A DNA stretch of 64,000 nucleotides from Camelus dromedarius (lineage: Eukaryota): assembly GCF_036321535.1 (NCBI RefSeq), contig NC_087436.1, forward strand, positions 33,358,001 through 33,422,000, written 5' to 3'. The first letter of the stretch is position 1. Every line of letters begins with the position of its first letter. This document shows, piece by piece, positions 51,386 through 64,000 of this stretch. The translations under genes and the position numbers were made by a program. The notes below the pieces were generated by a model. That model made no database searches. It saw nothing but the letters and a program-made list of their open reading frames with translations, and was not told where the DNA came from.

Positions 51386-54300
51386 TGTATCAGAATTAAT
51401 GTTAGGATTCATATTATTCTCATGGAATAAATGTTTGCTCCTTGTATCAGTCTTTTTTGAAGTGGAGTCTGAGAATTCCAAATAATTAGAAGTCTGTCAA
51501 AATGGATTTTCCTTTAATAAATATTTACAAATTAGCCTAGATTAAGATGTGAGTAAAGGATGCAGCAGTTTTTTTTTTTTTTTACAATAAGTTAGTTTTC
51601 AGTATATTTATCTCACCCTCCTTGCTTGGGTGAAGCTACCTGCTATAGCAAGATGAAAGTAGTTTTAGTTAGCAGGGCCATGTTTAAATTGTTATGGAAG
51701 AAACTGATCTTTTATTGTGGAAATTGGAAGTAATATCTGAGCACATGTACTGGCAAAGCCTTTGATTCCTCTGTTATTTTATTTTTTATAACCAGTTCAC
51801 TCTTCCATTTGAGTATAAACATTATCACTAAAAGTCCATTTAAGAAGGGGTACAAGGGGTACTTTGTAACTTTCAAAATATACTTTGACGGCAATTCCCC
51901 CAGCTGTGCAAATAAGAATAGACTTATTTCCTCGGGTGACAGAAATAATGTAGGGGTGAGGAATTAGTGAATAGGCTATTAGAGTTGGGAACAACCTTAC
52001 ACGTTATCATGGGCAGAGATGGCAGCTACATGGCACCATTGCCGCATGTACTGCAAGCCCGTATCCGTGCCACTCATCCACAGTGAGCCTTGAGAATCTG
52101 TTCCTGAGCCCAGATGCATTTTGTTCTCAGAATTTCTCTCACACCAGTGCCCCAGACAACCACAACCAAATGATCAAAGTTGCTACTGGAAATGAAACCT
52201 GTTTTGCATCCCTGAGTCCTTGTTGATCTCTTTCTGTTTACAAACATAACATTGAAAACCTGAGACTCCTATTTGACTCTTTCCATGTCACAAAATTATT
52301 TGTAGTAACTTATTTGTAAATAGTTTATTATAGTAGACAGGTTTTCTGACTAAGGTTTTTTTTTTTTTTTCTATTGCAATACCTGGAGAAAATAATCATG
52401 TGTGAATAAAAATGGGATGTTAGCAACAGGCAAAAAATGTCCTTGATCTACTTTGATTCTTACAAATTAATTTCCAGGAAACTCCAAGTATTTTGCAATA
52501 GGCAGATAGGTATATCGGGGTGAGAGTTCACTTAGCTGTAGGAAATGATGGAGTAACCACAGCGTGTGAGGAAGCTATTGGTAAATATGGGAAGGGACTA
52601 TGTACAGTTAATGATTCAAATGGAACACTGACAGGCCGTCTTATTTTTGAAATTTATTTGAAAAGCTGCCTTTGGTATTGGGTTTTACTACCAATCCCAC
52701 ATGTAAGGAAGATTGTAAAAAGTTTCGCAAATGTTTGGAAAGCTTTCATCAAACTTGGTCCAAACTTAGTTAAGTGTTTCATCAATGTAGGTTTATTTTC
52801 ATAGTTTAATATGAAACTAGTAGTTTTCAGTTTTTTTTTATGACTTGAAATGTGCATAGATTAAGTCCAGTTCAACTAAATTTTGTCTTTAGAGTGTATT
52901 AGAAGTGTTCAAACTCAAAATATTTGTGAAGTTCTGAAACATTTCCTTCATTTCTTTGAAATTATATTTCTTTGTCTATGTGCAAACTAAACATTGCACA
53001 AAATAACTTTTTTCCCACACACACACATACCATTTGAGACATGCCTAAAGATTTTCCTGGTAAAAAGAGTATTGGCTACCAGAAATGCTTTGCTCCATCC
53101 CCTTGTCAGTCCTAACTTCCTGAATTTAATTCTTCTTCCTGAGAGGGGGAGTCACTCTATCAGTTAACATGTGGAGATCAGTCAGCCTCTGGATAGCAAG
53201 CAAACCAAGTGCTGAGGTGTAGGAGAGATTAAAAAAAAAAAAATCAGATTTCTAGTAGCTAGTGATGTGCATGGCAAAATACCAGAAATTACATTTGAGA
53301 CCACAAAACAAGAGGGGGTTGGGATGGTTAAATATCTGATAATACTCAAATATATAAATATTCCAGACTTTTGCCACATTTCAACGAATAATCTTTAAGG
53401 CCCAGGACATTTGCTAACTTCAAAGGTAAATTCAGGCATCTCTTTTAGTGAATCCAGACATAGAACGTAACTGCAGAATGATGTAATAGGCAAAAATGTG
53501 CAGGTTGCCATTAGAGATAAGGTTGTGAGGATGTGTGTTTAAAATGACTGGATAGTGGTTACAGTCAATGCAAATTCTATCATTGGATTTCAAAACCTAT
53601 TAGAAGCTTTGCCTGTTTTTATTTCTGGATTTTTTTTGTTGTCATACCACTTGGAATCCTTTTCTAAGACAGGGCTTTTCATGCACATCTGAACATAGTT
53701 ACCTAGAGATGTACTAGGTATCTTCTCAATCAAGAGACTTGTCACTTTGTATCTTGGAAACAACAACAAATAAAAATCCATGTAATTGCTTCATAGATTA
53801 TCAACACTATTGTAGGATTTTCTGAGGCTTCTTTTGAGAAAGACCAGAAATAGGATATATGAAACACATATTATATATCACATATATACATATATATGCC
53901 TTTCAGCTAATGACGGTTATTGAAATTATTCAATAATTCTAAGGTAGACAAATTAAAAATTTTCTTCAATTTAAAAGTTTTAATCCATGCCAGAAACTTT
54001 GAATCTACTGGTATTCTGCTTAACCTCCTATATGATATAATTTCATACTTAATTCTACATAGGGGCCTGAATGTCATTTCACTTCTGGAATTATGCTAAA
54101 GCAATTTTAGACCATTCTCATTTGTTTGCTTTTTTTTTTGTTTGTGCAAACAAAAGATTTTCTTACCCTTTAAGAATGTTGCTTTAATTTTTATAGTTCC
54201 AGAAGGTAGCAGAGCTTCTTAGAACACTATTTTAGCAGTACAGAATCAGGCATTCTATTTAGTACGGACTGATATCAGACTACATTTCTGTTTTAATAAA

Positions 54301-54439
54301 ATTAGCTGTGAGGAATTCTGAAATCATACTGACTGTTAACATCTGTAAGTTCTTTAGGGTAACCATTTCTTTTTTCTTTTTTTTTTTCTTTGAGGAAACT
54401 ACCTTAACCTAAACTCTAAATACTTTGAAGGCAAAAATT

Positions 54440-57400
54440 CAACTTTATTGACATACATTGACATAAAACATAAGTCCTAAGTTTAAGGTGTGCAGTAGGT
54501 TGATTTGATGCATTTATATATTGCAGACTGGTTACCAGCATAGCATTAGCAGACATTCCATCATGACATACAATTACCATTAATTCTATGTGGTCATGAT
54601 AGTTACGATCTACTCTCAAGTGTATAATGCAGTATTATTAGCTGTAATCCCTGGAATTTGTTAATCTTACAGTGGGGGTTTTATACCCTTTGACCAATAG
54701 CTCCCCATTTCCCCCACTCCCCAACCCCTGGTAACCACCTATCTACTCTTGTTTCTCTGAGTTCATATTTTTAGTGTCCATAGAAGTAATATCATACAGC
54801 ATTTGTGTTTCTCTGACTGACTTCATTTAGCAAATGTTTTCAGGCTTCATCCAAGTTGTTGGCAAATGGGCAGTATGTCCTTCTTTCTCACAGCTGAATA
54901 ATATTCCATTGTATACATAGATACATAAATAAATATAATATTTTATTATTTACATATATTTGTATCACATATTTATGCATTTAGCCATGGACAGACCCTT
55001 GTGTTGTTTTCATATCTTGCCTATTGTGAATAATGCTGCAGTGAATGTGGGAGTGTGGATATGTCTGTAAAGATCCTGATTTCAGTTTCTTTGGATATTT
55101 AGCCAGAAGTGGGATTCCTGCATCATTTGATATTTCTATTTTTTATTTTGGGGGGGGAAACTTCATACTGTTTCCTACAGTAGCTATACCAACTTAAATT
55201 CCTATCAATAAGTGCACAAGGGCTGCCTTTTCTTCACACTGTCACCAACCTTTGTTATGTCTTGTATTTTGATGATAGCCATTCTAACAGGTGTGAGATG
55301 ACATCTCATTGTGGTTTTGATTTGCATTTCTCTGATGATTAGTGATGTTGAGCACCTTTTTGCGTACCTGTTGGCCATTTGTGTGTGTCTTCTTTGGAAA
55401 ATTGTGTATTTATTTCCTTTGCCCGTTTTAAAATCAGATTGATTATTTATTTTGCTGTTGAGTTGTATGAACTTTTTACATGTTTTGGACACTAAGCTCT
55501 TACTGGATGTATGGTTTGCAAATATTTTCTCTCATCCCATCCCTTAAAAAGGGGATATTTTAGTTTGTTTGTTTCTTTTGCTGTGCAGAAGCTTTTTAGT
55601 TTGATGTGGTCCCACTTTTTTTTTTTTATTATTTGTGCTTTTGGTGTCTTATCCAGGAAATCACTGCCAAGACTAACGTCAAGGAGCTTTCTCCTTATAT
55701 TTTCTTCTAGGAGTTTTATGGCTTCAGGTCTTTAAGTCTTTTATACATTTCAAGTTCATTTTTGTGAGTGATGTAAGAGGTTTCCAATTTCATTCTTCAT
55801 GTGGCTATCTAGTTTTTCCAGCACCATTCGCTGAAAGGACTTTCCTTTCTCAATTGAGTATTTTTGGCTCCCTAGTCAAATATTAGGTGAACATCTATGT
55901 AGGGTTTATTTCTATGCTCTTCTTTCTGTTACATTAGTCTGTGTGTCTATTTTTACACCATTACTATACTGTTACGGATATTATAGCTTTGTAATGGAGC
56001 TTGAAATCAGAAAGTGTGATGACTTTGGCTTTGTTATTCTTTCTCAGGATTGCTGTGGCTATTCAGGGTCTTTTGTAGCTCCCATTATAAACTTTAGGAT
56101 TATTGTCTCCATCCCTGGAAAACACCTTTGGAATTTTGGTCAAGATTGCATCTATAGATGGCATTGGGTAACATGGACATTTTAACAATATTAACTTTTC
56201 CTAACCATGAACATGGGATGTCTTTCCATTCATTTGTATCTTCTTCAGTGTCTTTTATGAAAGTATTGTAGTATATAGATTTTTCACCTTGGTTAAATTT
56301 ATTATTAAGTATTTTATTATTTTTGGTACTACTATGAATGGGATAGTTTTCTTAATGTCTTTTTCAGATATTTTGTCATTAGTGTGTAGAAACTCAACTG
56401 TTTTCTCTATGTTGATTTGTATCCTGAAACTTTACTGAATTTGATTTGCTCTAGCAATTTTTAGTAGAGTCTTTAATTTGCTCTATATAAGATCATATCA
56501 CCTTCAAACAAAGACAGTTTTACTTCTTTCTTTCTTATTTGGATGTCTTTCTTTTTCCTGCCTTATTGTTCTGACTAGGATATCCAGTGCAGTGTTTTAT
56601 AGGGGTGGCAAGAGTCAATATTCTTGTCTTATTTCTGATCTCAGAGAAAAAACTCTCAATCTTTCACCATTGAGTATGATTTTTGACTGAGTTTGTCATA
56701 TATGACCTTTATTGTGTTAAGATATGTGCCTTCTATATTCAGTTTGTAGAACTTTCTTTTTATCATAAAAGGACATTGCATTTTATCAGATGTTTTCTTC
56801 TGCTTCTATTGAGATGCACATATGATTTTTAAAATCTTTTAATTCCATTAATGTGTTATATCACAGTTATTGATCTGCTTATACCAAAACATCCTTGCCT
56901 CCCAGGGACAAATCCCATTTGATGGTGGTGAATGATCCCTGTAATGTGCTGTTGAATTTGGTTTGCTAATATTTTGTTGAGAATTTTTATGTCTATATTT
57001 ATTAGGGACACTGTTCTGTAATTTTCTTTTTTTGTAGTACCTTTATCTGGCTTTGATATCAGGGCAAGATTAGCCTTGTAAAATGAGTTTGGGAATATCC
57101 CCTCTTCTTCAGTTTTTTGGAAGAGTTTGAGAAGGATTGGCATTAATTCTTAAAATGTTTGATAGAATTCACAGGTGAACTCATCTGGTCTTGAGTTTTT
57201 CTGTGTTGGGAGCTTTTTTGATTACTGACCCAATCTCCTTACTTGTTACTGATCTGATTATGCTTTCTATTTCTTCATGATTCAGTGTTGGTAGGTTGTA
57301 TATCTCTAGGAATGTATCCATTTCTCCTCAGATATCCAACTTATTGGTATATAATTGTGTGTAGTAGTCTCTCATGATCCTTTGTATGTGGGCATCAGTT

Positions 57401-60400
57401 GTAATGTCTCCTCTTTTGTTTCTGATTTTATGATTTGAGTATTCTCTATTTTAGTCTAGTAATGTATTTGTCAACTTTTTCTTTTCAAAAAACCAGGTCT
57501 TAGTTTCACTTATCCTTTTTATTGTTTTTCTGATCTCTATTTCTTTTGTTTCTGCTCTGATCTTTGTTATTTCCTTACTTCTAACTTTGGGCTTAGTTTG
57601 TTCTTTTCTAGTTCCTTGAGATATAAAGTAAGGTCATTTATTTGAGTTCTCACTTGTTTCTTAATGTAGATGTTTATTGCTAAAAACTTTCCTCTTAGAA
57701 CTGCTTTGTGGTGTCCTATATGTTGATATATGTTGTGCTTCCATTTTCATTTGTTTCAAGGTATTTCTTGACTCCCTTTTGATTTCTTCTTTGGCTCATT
57801 GGTTGTCCAGGATGTTGTTTAATCTCCACTATTTGTAGATATTTGAGCCTTTGTTGTATTAGTGATTTCTACTTTCATACCATTGTGGTCAGAAAAGATA
57901 CTTGGTATGATTTCAGTTCTCTAGGATCTGCTAAGACTTACTCTGTAAACTGTCATGTGATCTATCCTGGAGAATGTTTTGTATGCAGTTGAGAAGAATG
58001 TGTATTCTGCTGCTGTTGGATGGAATGTTCTGTATATGTATGGTATTTACATTTGGTCTAAAATATGGTTCAAATCCAATGTTTCCTTTTTTATTTTGTC
58101 TGGATGATCTATCCATGGTTGAAAGTGGAATACTGAAATCCCCTACAATTATTGTATTATTGTCCAGATCTCCTTTCAGATCTGTTAAATGTAGGGTGCA
58201 TATATATTTACCATTGTTATATCTTGATAAATTGACCCCCTTATCATTTTATAATGACCCTTTTATTTATCTTGTCATTGCGGCTTAAAGTCTATATTAT
58301 CTGATACAAGTATAGTTACCTTTGCTCTCTTCTGGTTTCTACTTGCATGGAATGTATTTTGTCATCCTTTCACTGTGAGCCTATGTATGAAACTTAAAGC
58401 TGTAGTATATCTTGTAGGCAGCATACATTTGGGTCTTCTTTTTTTAAATCCATCCAGCCACTCTATACCTTTTGATGGGAGAATTCAATCCATTAACATT
58501 TACAGTAATTTTTGATAGGTAAGGACTTACTAGTATCATATTACTTCTTTCTGGCTGTTACGTAGTTCCATTTTCTTTCCTTCTTTTCTTGCTGCCCTCT
58601 TTTGTTAACTGATCTTTTTGTTATAGAGTATGCTTTGATTCCTTTCCCTGTTTTTTTGTATATTTTTGGTAAATTTTTGCATTGTGGTTCCCATGAGGTT
58701 TACATTACATATATATTTATATATAAATAAATAAAACAGTCTGTTTATGCTGTTAGCAATTTAACATCTATCACTTATCAAAAAAAGTCTATCCTTTTAC
58801 CCCTCCAATTTTGTATTTCTTATGTCACCATTTACATCTTTTTATATTGTGTATCATTTAACAAATTGTTGGAGCTATTTTTGATACTTTTGTCCTTTAA
58901 CCTTTATACTAGAGTTAAGTAGTAAACATATCATGACTTTATGCTTTCTTTACCAGTGTGTTGTATATTTTCGTATTACTAAATTGCATCTTGTTACTTC
59001 AGCTCAAAGAACTCCTTTCAGCATTTCAGAAAAGGTAGGGTTAGTGGTAATGGATTCCCTTAGCTTTTGTTTTTTAGGGAACATCTTTATTTCACTTTCA
59101 ATTCTGAAGGACAGCTTTGCTGTGTAAAGTATCCTTGGTTGGCACTGTCTTTTAACACTTTAACTGTCTTATCCCATTCTCTCCTGGGCTACATAGCCTC
59201 TGCTGAGAAATCGACTGATAGCCTTATGGGTACTCCCTTGTGTGAGAGATTTGTTTTCTTGCTGCTTTTAAAATTCTCTCTTTGTCTTTGTTTTTAGTCA
59301 TTTCATTATTATGTACTTTGGAGAAGATCATTATGGATTGAAATTTTGAGGTGAACTATAAGCTTCATGAATTTAGATATCTAAATCTCTTCCCAGATTT
59401 GGGAAGTTCTTAGCCATTATTTTTTTCTGTTCCTTTCTCCCTTTCTTTTCCTTCTGGAACTCCAATGATGGTTACATTATATTTTTTCATGGTGTCCCGT
59501 AAGTTCCCTAGGCTCTCTTCATTCCTTTTCATTCTTTTTTCTTTCTGCTCCTTTGACTACCTCGGGAGCCATCTGCAGACATACCCATAGTGATGAGAGC
59601 CAGGGCAGGTGTCAAGGGCAGTGGCCAGCCATGGGTGCATTAGCAGCTACAGAGGCCCTGGTTGTCAGCGTGCTCTCCTGTGACTGTGTATGCTTACCCA
59701 GTGTGCGCACTGCAGCAGGTTGGGCACCACTAGAGGGGCTAGTCTCAGATTGTTGTGATGGTGCTGGCCAGTAACAGAAGGTGGGGTCTGATCTGGCCTG
59801 CAAGCAGCCGTGGGGGCCCCAGCTAGTGATGTGCTCACCCACGGCTGCACTCTCTCCCCGTGTGCGTGTGTGTGCTGCAGCAGCCGCCCATGGAGGGCGT
59901 CAGGCCAGTAGCCCGCAGCTGCGTAGCTGGAGAGGTTAGCTGCAAGCATGGGCACAGTGGTGGGAGTCAGCCCCAGTGGCCCAGGCTGGGGTCTTGCACT
60001 TGCACAACTGCAGAAGCCTGAGCTGGCTGCAAGCGGGGCTTCCTGGCTTTGGTGGGGGTCGGGGGACACGCAAGCAGCTGGTGTCAGTGATGGCAAATAC
60101 CTGCGTCGGGGAAAGCTGGCCAGATTTATAGGAGGTCCGTGGCAGCGGTCCTGGCTGTTGGCTTCATCGCTGCCAGAATCTGCTGAGTTTGTTACAGAGC
60201 TGGTCTCCGTGAACTGTGATCACTCCTGCTTCACGTTTGCTAATAATAAAAATAGGCTCTGCCTTTTTTCCTGTTCCAAGCTGGCTCAGTGTGTCTCAGC
60301 TGTGCCAGTCTGTGTGAGGTGAAACCAAAATGGGTCCTTATGCAGTGCCCCACGGGGGTGGAGAAGCCTGTCATTCTTTCCATTCTTCCTTCCCTGGTGA

Positions 60401-60695
60401 GAGGAGCTCCGAGCTAGAAAGTTCCTTTTTGGTGCTAAACAAGCCCGCTTGGGGGATGGGATGGTGCAGGCAAAATGAAGTTGGCTTCCTTCTCTTCTTA
60501 CCTCTTCTGTCGTTTTTCCCAGGTTTTGTTTGTTTGTTGTTGTTGTTTTGCTCTAAAGTGTTGCTAAACTTTCCTAAGTGGACTCTAGAGGTCTTTTGGA
60601 GCTGTTTTTGTTTATGGGTATCAATCCAGTTGTTGACTTTTGTGGGGGTACACAAAAGCTGGGTTTCCAGTGCTGCCTTTTTTCTTACCCTCCAC
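54440..60695 (-). mobile_element. Near full-length (~6.2 kb) L1MA9-like LINE-1, decayed, with an internal deletion of the ORF1 5' half
   Basis: 3' end caataaag at about 54445, ORF2 remnants, inter-ORF region about 58540-59000, ORF1 C-terminal part about 59000-59555, GC-rich 5' UTR about 59556-60695. Confidence 0.92.
54800..58539 (-). pseudogene. Disrupted L1 ORF2p (endonuclease, reverse transcriptase, Cys-rich)
   Basis: Starts MILVSPYLSKITVNVNGLNSPIKRYRVAGWI* at 58539. ORF 56856..57143 reads PILLKLFQ...PNSFYKA...[29 protein letters not shown]...[11 protein letters not shown] motif reads LSLFEGDMI (56491-56517). ORF 55205..55492 reads KRCSTSLIIREMQIKTTMRCHLTPVRMAII. The end coordinate is approximate. 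Confidence 0.92.
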
Positions 60696-61319
60696 ACTAA
60701 TCCAAGAGATTAACTTTTGAAATTTTTTTTATAACTCCTTTGAAATTTGTCTCTTAAATTTCTTATAACCACTCAAGGTTAAATAAAAGCTTTAATAAAA
60801 TGATAATTAAAGCAGAAGGAAAATAGTGTCATAAGTATGACTTCCCTCAGGTTTTGTTTTGGGAAGAAGGTTGGTTTATGATCACCATTAGGGAAATGTG
60901 TCCTGGAGACTATGGAAGTAAAGAAACTTAGCTACGACTCCTTGATTCAAACACTCTAACTTGAACTGTCTGCCTCATGGAACTTATGATGTGTTTCTTC
61001 AAATACTTACTAATATTTATCCTTAACATTTCTACTTTATAAACTACTTTAAGTAAAAATGTTTTATTAATCTCCAAATAGAACGTAAATTTCCTATAGA
61101 TTAAAGAACAAGAAAAAAATGGATAAATTATCTATTTTTGTGTCATGGTGATGAAAATAGTGCCTTGTACTTGCTCTCAATATCACCTTTTTTGGACAGT
61201 AATTTATTTGAATCATTTGACTAAAGATTTGAAAATTAGGTTATAATTAATAACATTCTGTGTCTGAAAAAGACCTAGTTATTTTTTAGTATCCTTCATT
61301 GATAACAAGATGATTTAGA

Positions 61320-61465
61320 TTAATTTATTGCATGGTTTTTTGTTGATTACCTACTATGTGTCAGGTGCTCTTCTAGGTAGTGGGGAATCACACAACAATA
61401 TACAAACAAGTAATAAAATATAAAATAAAACCCCATATTGTCCTGCCCTCGTAGGTTTTATGCTA
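61320..61465 (-). mobile_element. L2 3'-end fragment
   Basis: ttgattacctactatgtgtcaggtgctcttctaggtagtgggga...gtcctgccctcgtagg. Confidence 0.6.
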
Positions 61466-61599
61466 AGTCACACAGGGAGTTAATGGGGTACTCTGAAGGT
61501 CATTGAACTCTCCTGTGTTTCTGTCTTTAAATTTGCCTTTTGAATTTTTCTCACATTCATCTCACACTTTTCTTTTCTAACATTAGTAGCTTAGTTCAG

Positions 61600-62150
61600 A
61601 TGTTCATTTTAGCTGTTACCAAAATTGTTATAAAATATTTTAATAGCAATTATTTTGTTTATATATTCAAGTTAATTACCACTGTTTTCCAGAATAGTCT
61701 TACTAAATTATGAATTTAATCGTGTCTACCCCTTGCTCCCAAACTCTTGCCTATCTTTGCCGATAGAAGACGCCTACATTCTTCACAGTAGTATTCAGGG
61801 CCTTTCATGATTTTAAACCAGAGTACTCTAATGGACACACTTTGACTACTTACCCTCAACCACCTTTCTAGACCAACCTAACTGATATTCCCCATGTATA
61901 TCTTGAATCTTTCTGCCTCCATATTTTAATTTTGCTTTCTTTGCTTTTAGCACATCTTTTATTATCTCTGGTTTGCTGGTACTTCCTTGTCCTTCAGTTT
62001 TTAGCAGTGTCTTTCATCTCATTTTCTAATTTGTTATAGTTATTTGCATACATATATTTCCTCTTCCACCGAACTTAAAATTCTAGGAATAATGATTGAT
62101 TTTTTTTCAAATTTCCCAATATGTCTCAGTAATTGAAATAAAGGGTAGAA
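61600..62150 (+). mobile_element. Degenerate L2 fragment
   Basis: ccagaatagtcttactaaa...cccttgctcccaaactct...tattcagggcctttcatgattt. Confidence 0.45.
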
Positions 62151-64000
62151 TATATGATTAATATTTAATTATATGAGTATGATGAGAGGAGACGGGAGCA
62201 GTACAGAGTCCAAAAGCACGTGCCACTGTGCTGCAGAAGCAAACAGGGAAGGCTCGGCCTCTGAGCAAAAGAGCAAATCACTAGGCAAGTGGGCATCTGT
62301 CATATCTGAAGGGAGAGGTAACTTTCCAGAACAGCAGCGAGGGGACATGACAAGCACTCATCGCCTCCTTCACTGTTGTGTTTAGACAGAGTAAACAGAC
62401 ATTCAGTTACCGATGTGTGTTAACGCCTGCTGTAGCTTTTCCCTAGATTATTTTAAGTCAATAGCAGCAAAGGATGTCAGTCTGTATTTCTATTTTGTGA
62501 GCCTAATGGCTCTTCAATAAATATTTATATGGCAGTCATGACTAAAATATTTTTTAATCAAGGCACTTCTCTTTTGGTTATTAGGGCAGGTTTGGTGATA
62601 AACTCAGCAGTTATCTATTCCACTTGAACAGAACAGATTCTAAAGTTACTTGTTAGAACTTATGGTCAAGCGTTTTTCAGCATTTAAAACCTCATTTTAA
62701 TTCACTGTAATACAGCGCACGCACACAAACACTTCTTTATTTTTCATTAACAATTCAATTCAACTCTCCGTATATTAAAGTCAGGAAACAGGCTGGATGA
62801 AAAGTAAAAATAAAAAGTATTTAAAACTTCATGAATAATTTTTAGGAATGAACATTTTCTTATCACACCACAAACTTTGGGATCTTGAATCCTAACACAT
62901 GTTCCTTGCTTTGAGATACCTATTCAACTTTTCTCCATCGGTGAATAATGATTGGGAAAGAGAGAGGAATTACGTATATGTATTGAGTGTACAGGACTGG
63001 ATGGAAGGAGAAATGGTGCCCACTAAGAGAAGGAGTTGGCCAAGTAAGCATCAGGGAGCCCCCACTGGTATCATCAAACACTATAAATGGTGTCTGTCAT
63101 GTACAATTGTCCTAGGATCCCTCCAAGGGCCTGATCAGGGTGAAGGAAAACTCTTATGAGCCCCAGTGGTTAAAAATGTAATGTTTCCAGCTAGCCACCA
63201 TAGTCTCCAGACATGAGATTTTGTTATAAATACGACAAACCATAATGATACCTTTCTACCACTTTCCTGGTTTAAATGATTAAGCAGAAAACCAGCCGTA
63301 TGTGTACACAGGAAAGCACCTTCACAGGTTGTTGCTTATGCCAGATCTTTTGTGAGGTAGGGACACTGACATTCCAAAATCTCTCCTGGGTACTAACCAT
63401 CAGCATCAGACCTCATTCTGGCACTTACCTTTATGTGCATATAAATGATCTCAAAAGTGCTTTTTGCTTTGTTGTGTTTAAGTCAGTGAAAGCTTATTAG
63501 AATAATGTTCTCTGTTTTTATCTCAGATATTGATTATTAAGTTGGATCATTTGGACATTTCCTTCACAGTCTGAGTTTTTTTTTTTTCACACATTTTACA
63601 TGTATAATCATTAATTTTCTGTCATATCTCCACCTTCTGTCACTGCTGTAGTCATTTATTCCTTTCCACCTTCTCATCCAACTATTAATAAGGAGATTTG
63701 CTGCTAATCAACAGAACTTAACTCTCATTGTTTCTGACTTTTCAGATCTGCACTCTCAAATATTTTTTTAAAGGTTAAATGTTGCATCATAGAAACATCT
63801 TGAGCAGACAGAAATATCCATGGTGCGCAGTCATTCAGATCTGGTATTGGAACATTAACAGAGAGAAATTAAGCATGCAAGAGTCAGGAAATTCCAAAGT
63901 TAAAATTCCCATAGTAACATTAATTCATCTACTTCAGAAAGATAGAATTTAAAGTCCTCCATAGTTATCTTAGCAGAGAACTGTTTATAAACCATATCTA

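Noticed and set aside
54366..54440. T-tract about 50 bp beyond the L1 3' end as a 3' transduction with polyA tail
   Set aside because: No matching target-site duplication was found at the L1 5' end, and T-tracts are common in this window.
59728..59741. CTCF-like CCACTAGAGGGGCT
   Set aside because: Imperfect match inside a decayed L1 5' UTR with no other support.
59553..60713. GC-rich block with several 100+ aa ORFs as a CpG-island promoter or gene
   Set aside because: It is positioned as the 5' UTR of the minus-strand L1, and long ORFs reflect GC content.
3771..63500. The short ORFs in the supplied track as host protein-coding genes
   Set aside because: All are 159 aa or shorter and many start at non-ATG codons. 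The recognisable ones are L1 ORF1/ORF2 debris or antisense readings of repeats, and none resembles a cellular protein I know.

Overview
AT-rich, CpG-depleted placental-mammal genomic DNA. It is non-primate and non-rodent, probably a laurasiatherian and possibly a cetartiodactyl, judged from the L1 type. I found no convincing host protein-coding gene, RNA gene or prokaryote-type system. The recognisable ORFs are decayed LINE-1 ORF1/ORF2 pieces and the rest look like chance ORFs. The window is a mosaic of old and mid-age repeats: L1ME/L1MC/L1MA9-like LINE-1s, HAL1, L2, MIR, MLT1, LTR33, MER21, an ERV1-type solo LTR with a 4-bp TSD, and Tigger1. Between them lie unique stretches, some enhancer-like or exon-like. 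The clearest structures are (1) an L1 with a 5' inversion and a perfect 21-bp inverted duplication (twin-priming signature), whose 3' half is lost at a microhomology junction with Tigger1; (2) a near full-length minus-strand L1MA9-like element; (3) a perfect 30-bp tandem duplication; and (4) an unexplained GC-rich/A-tract/L1-3' chimera. Repeat family names come from my recall of consensus sequences, not from a search, and boundaries are approximate unless stated. The sequence does not support a novel biological system.
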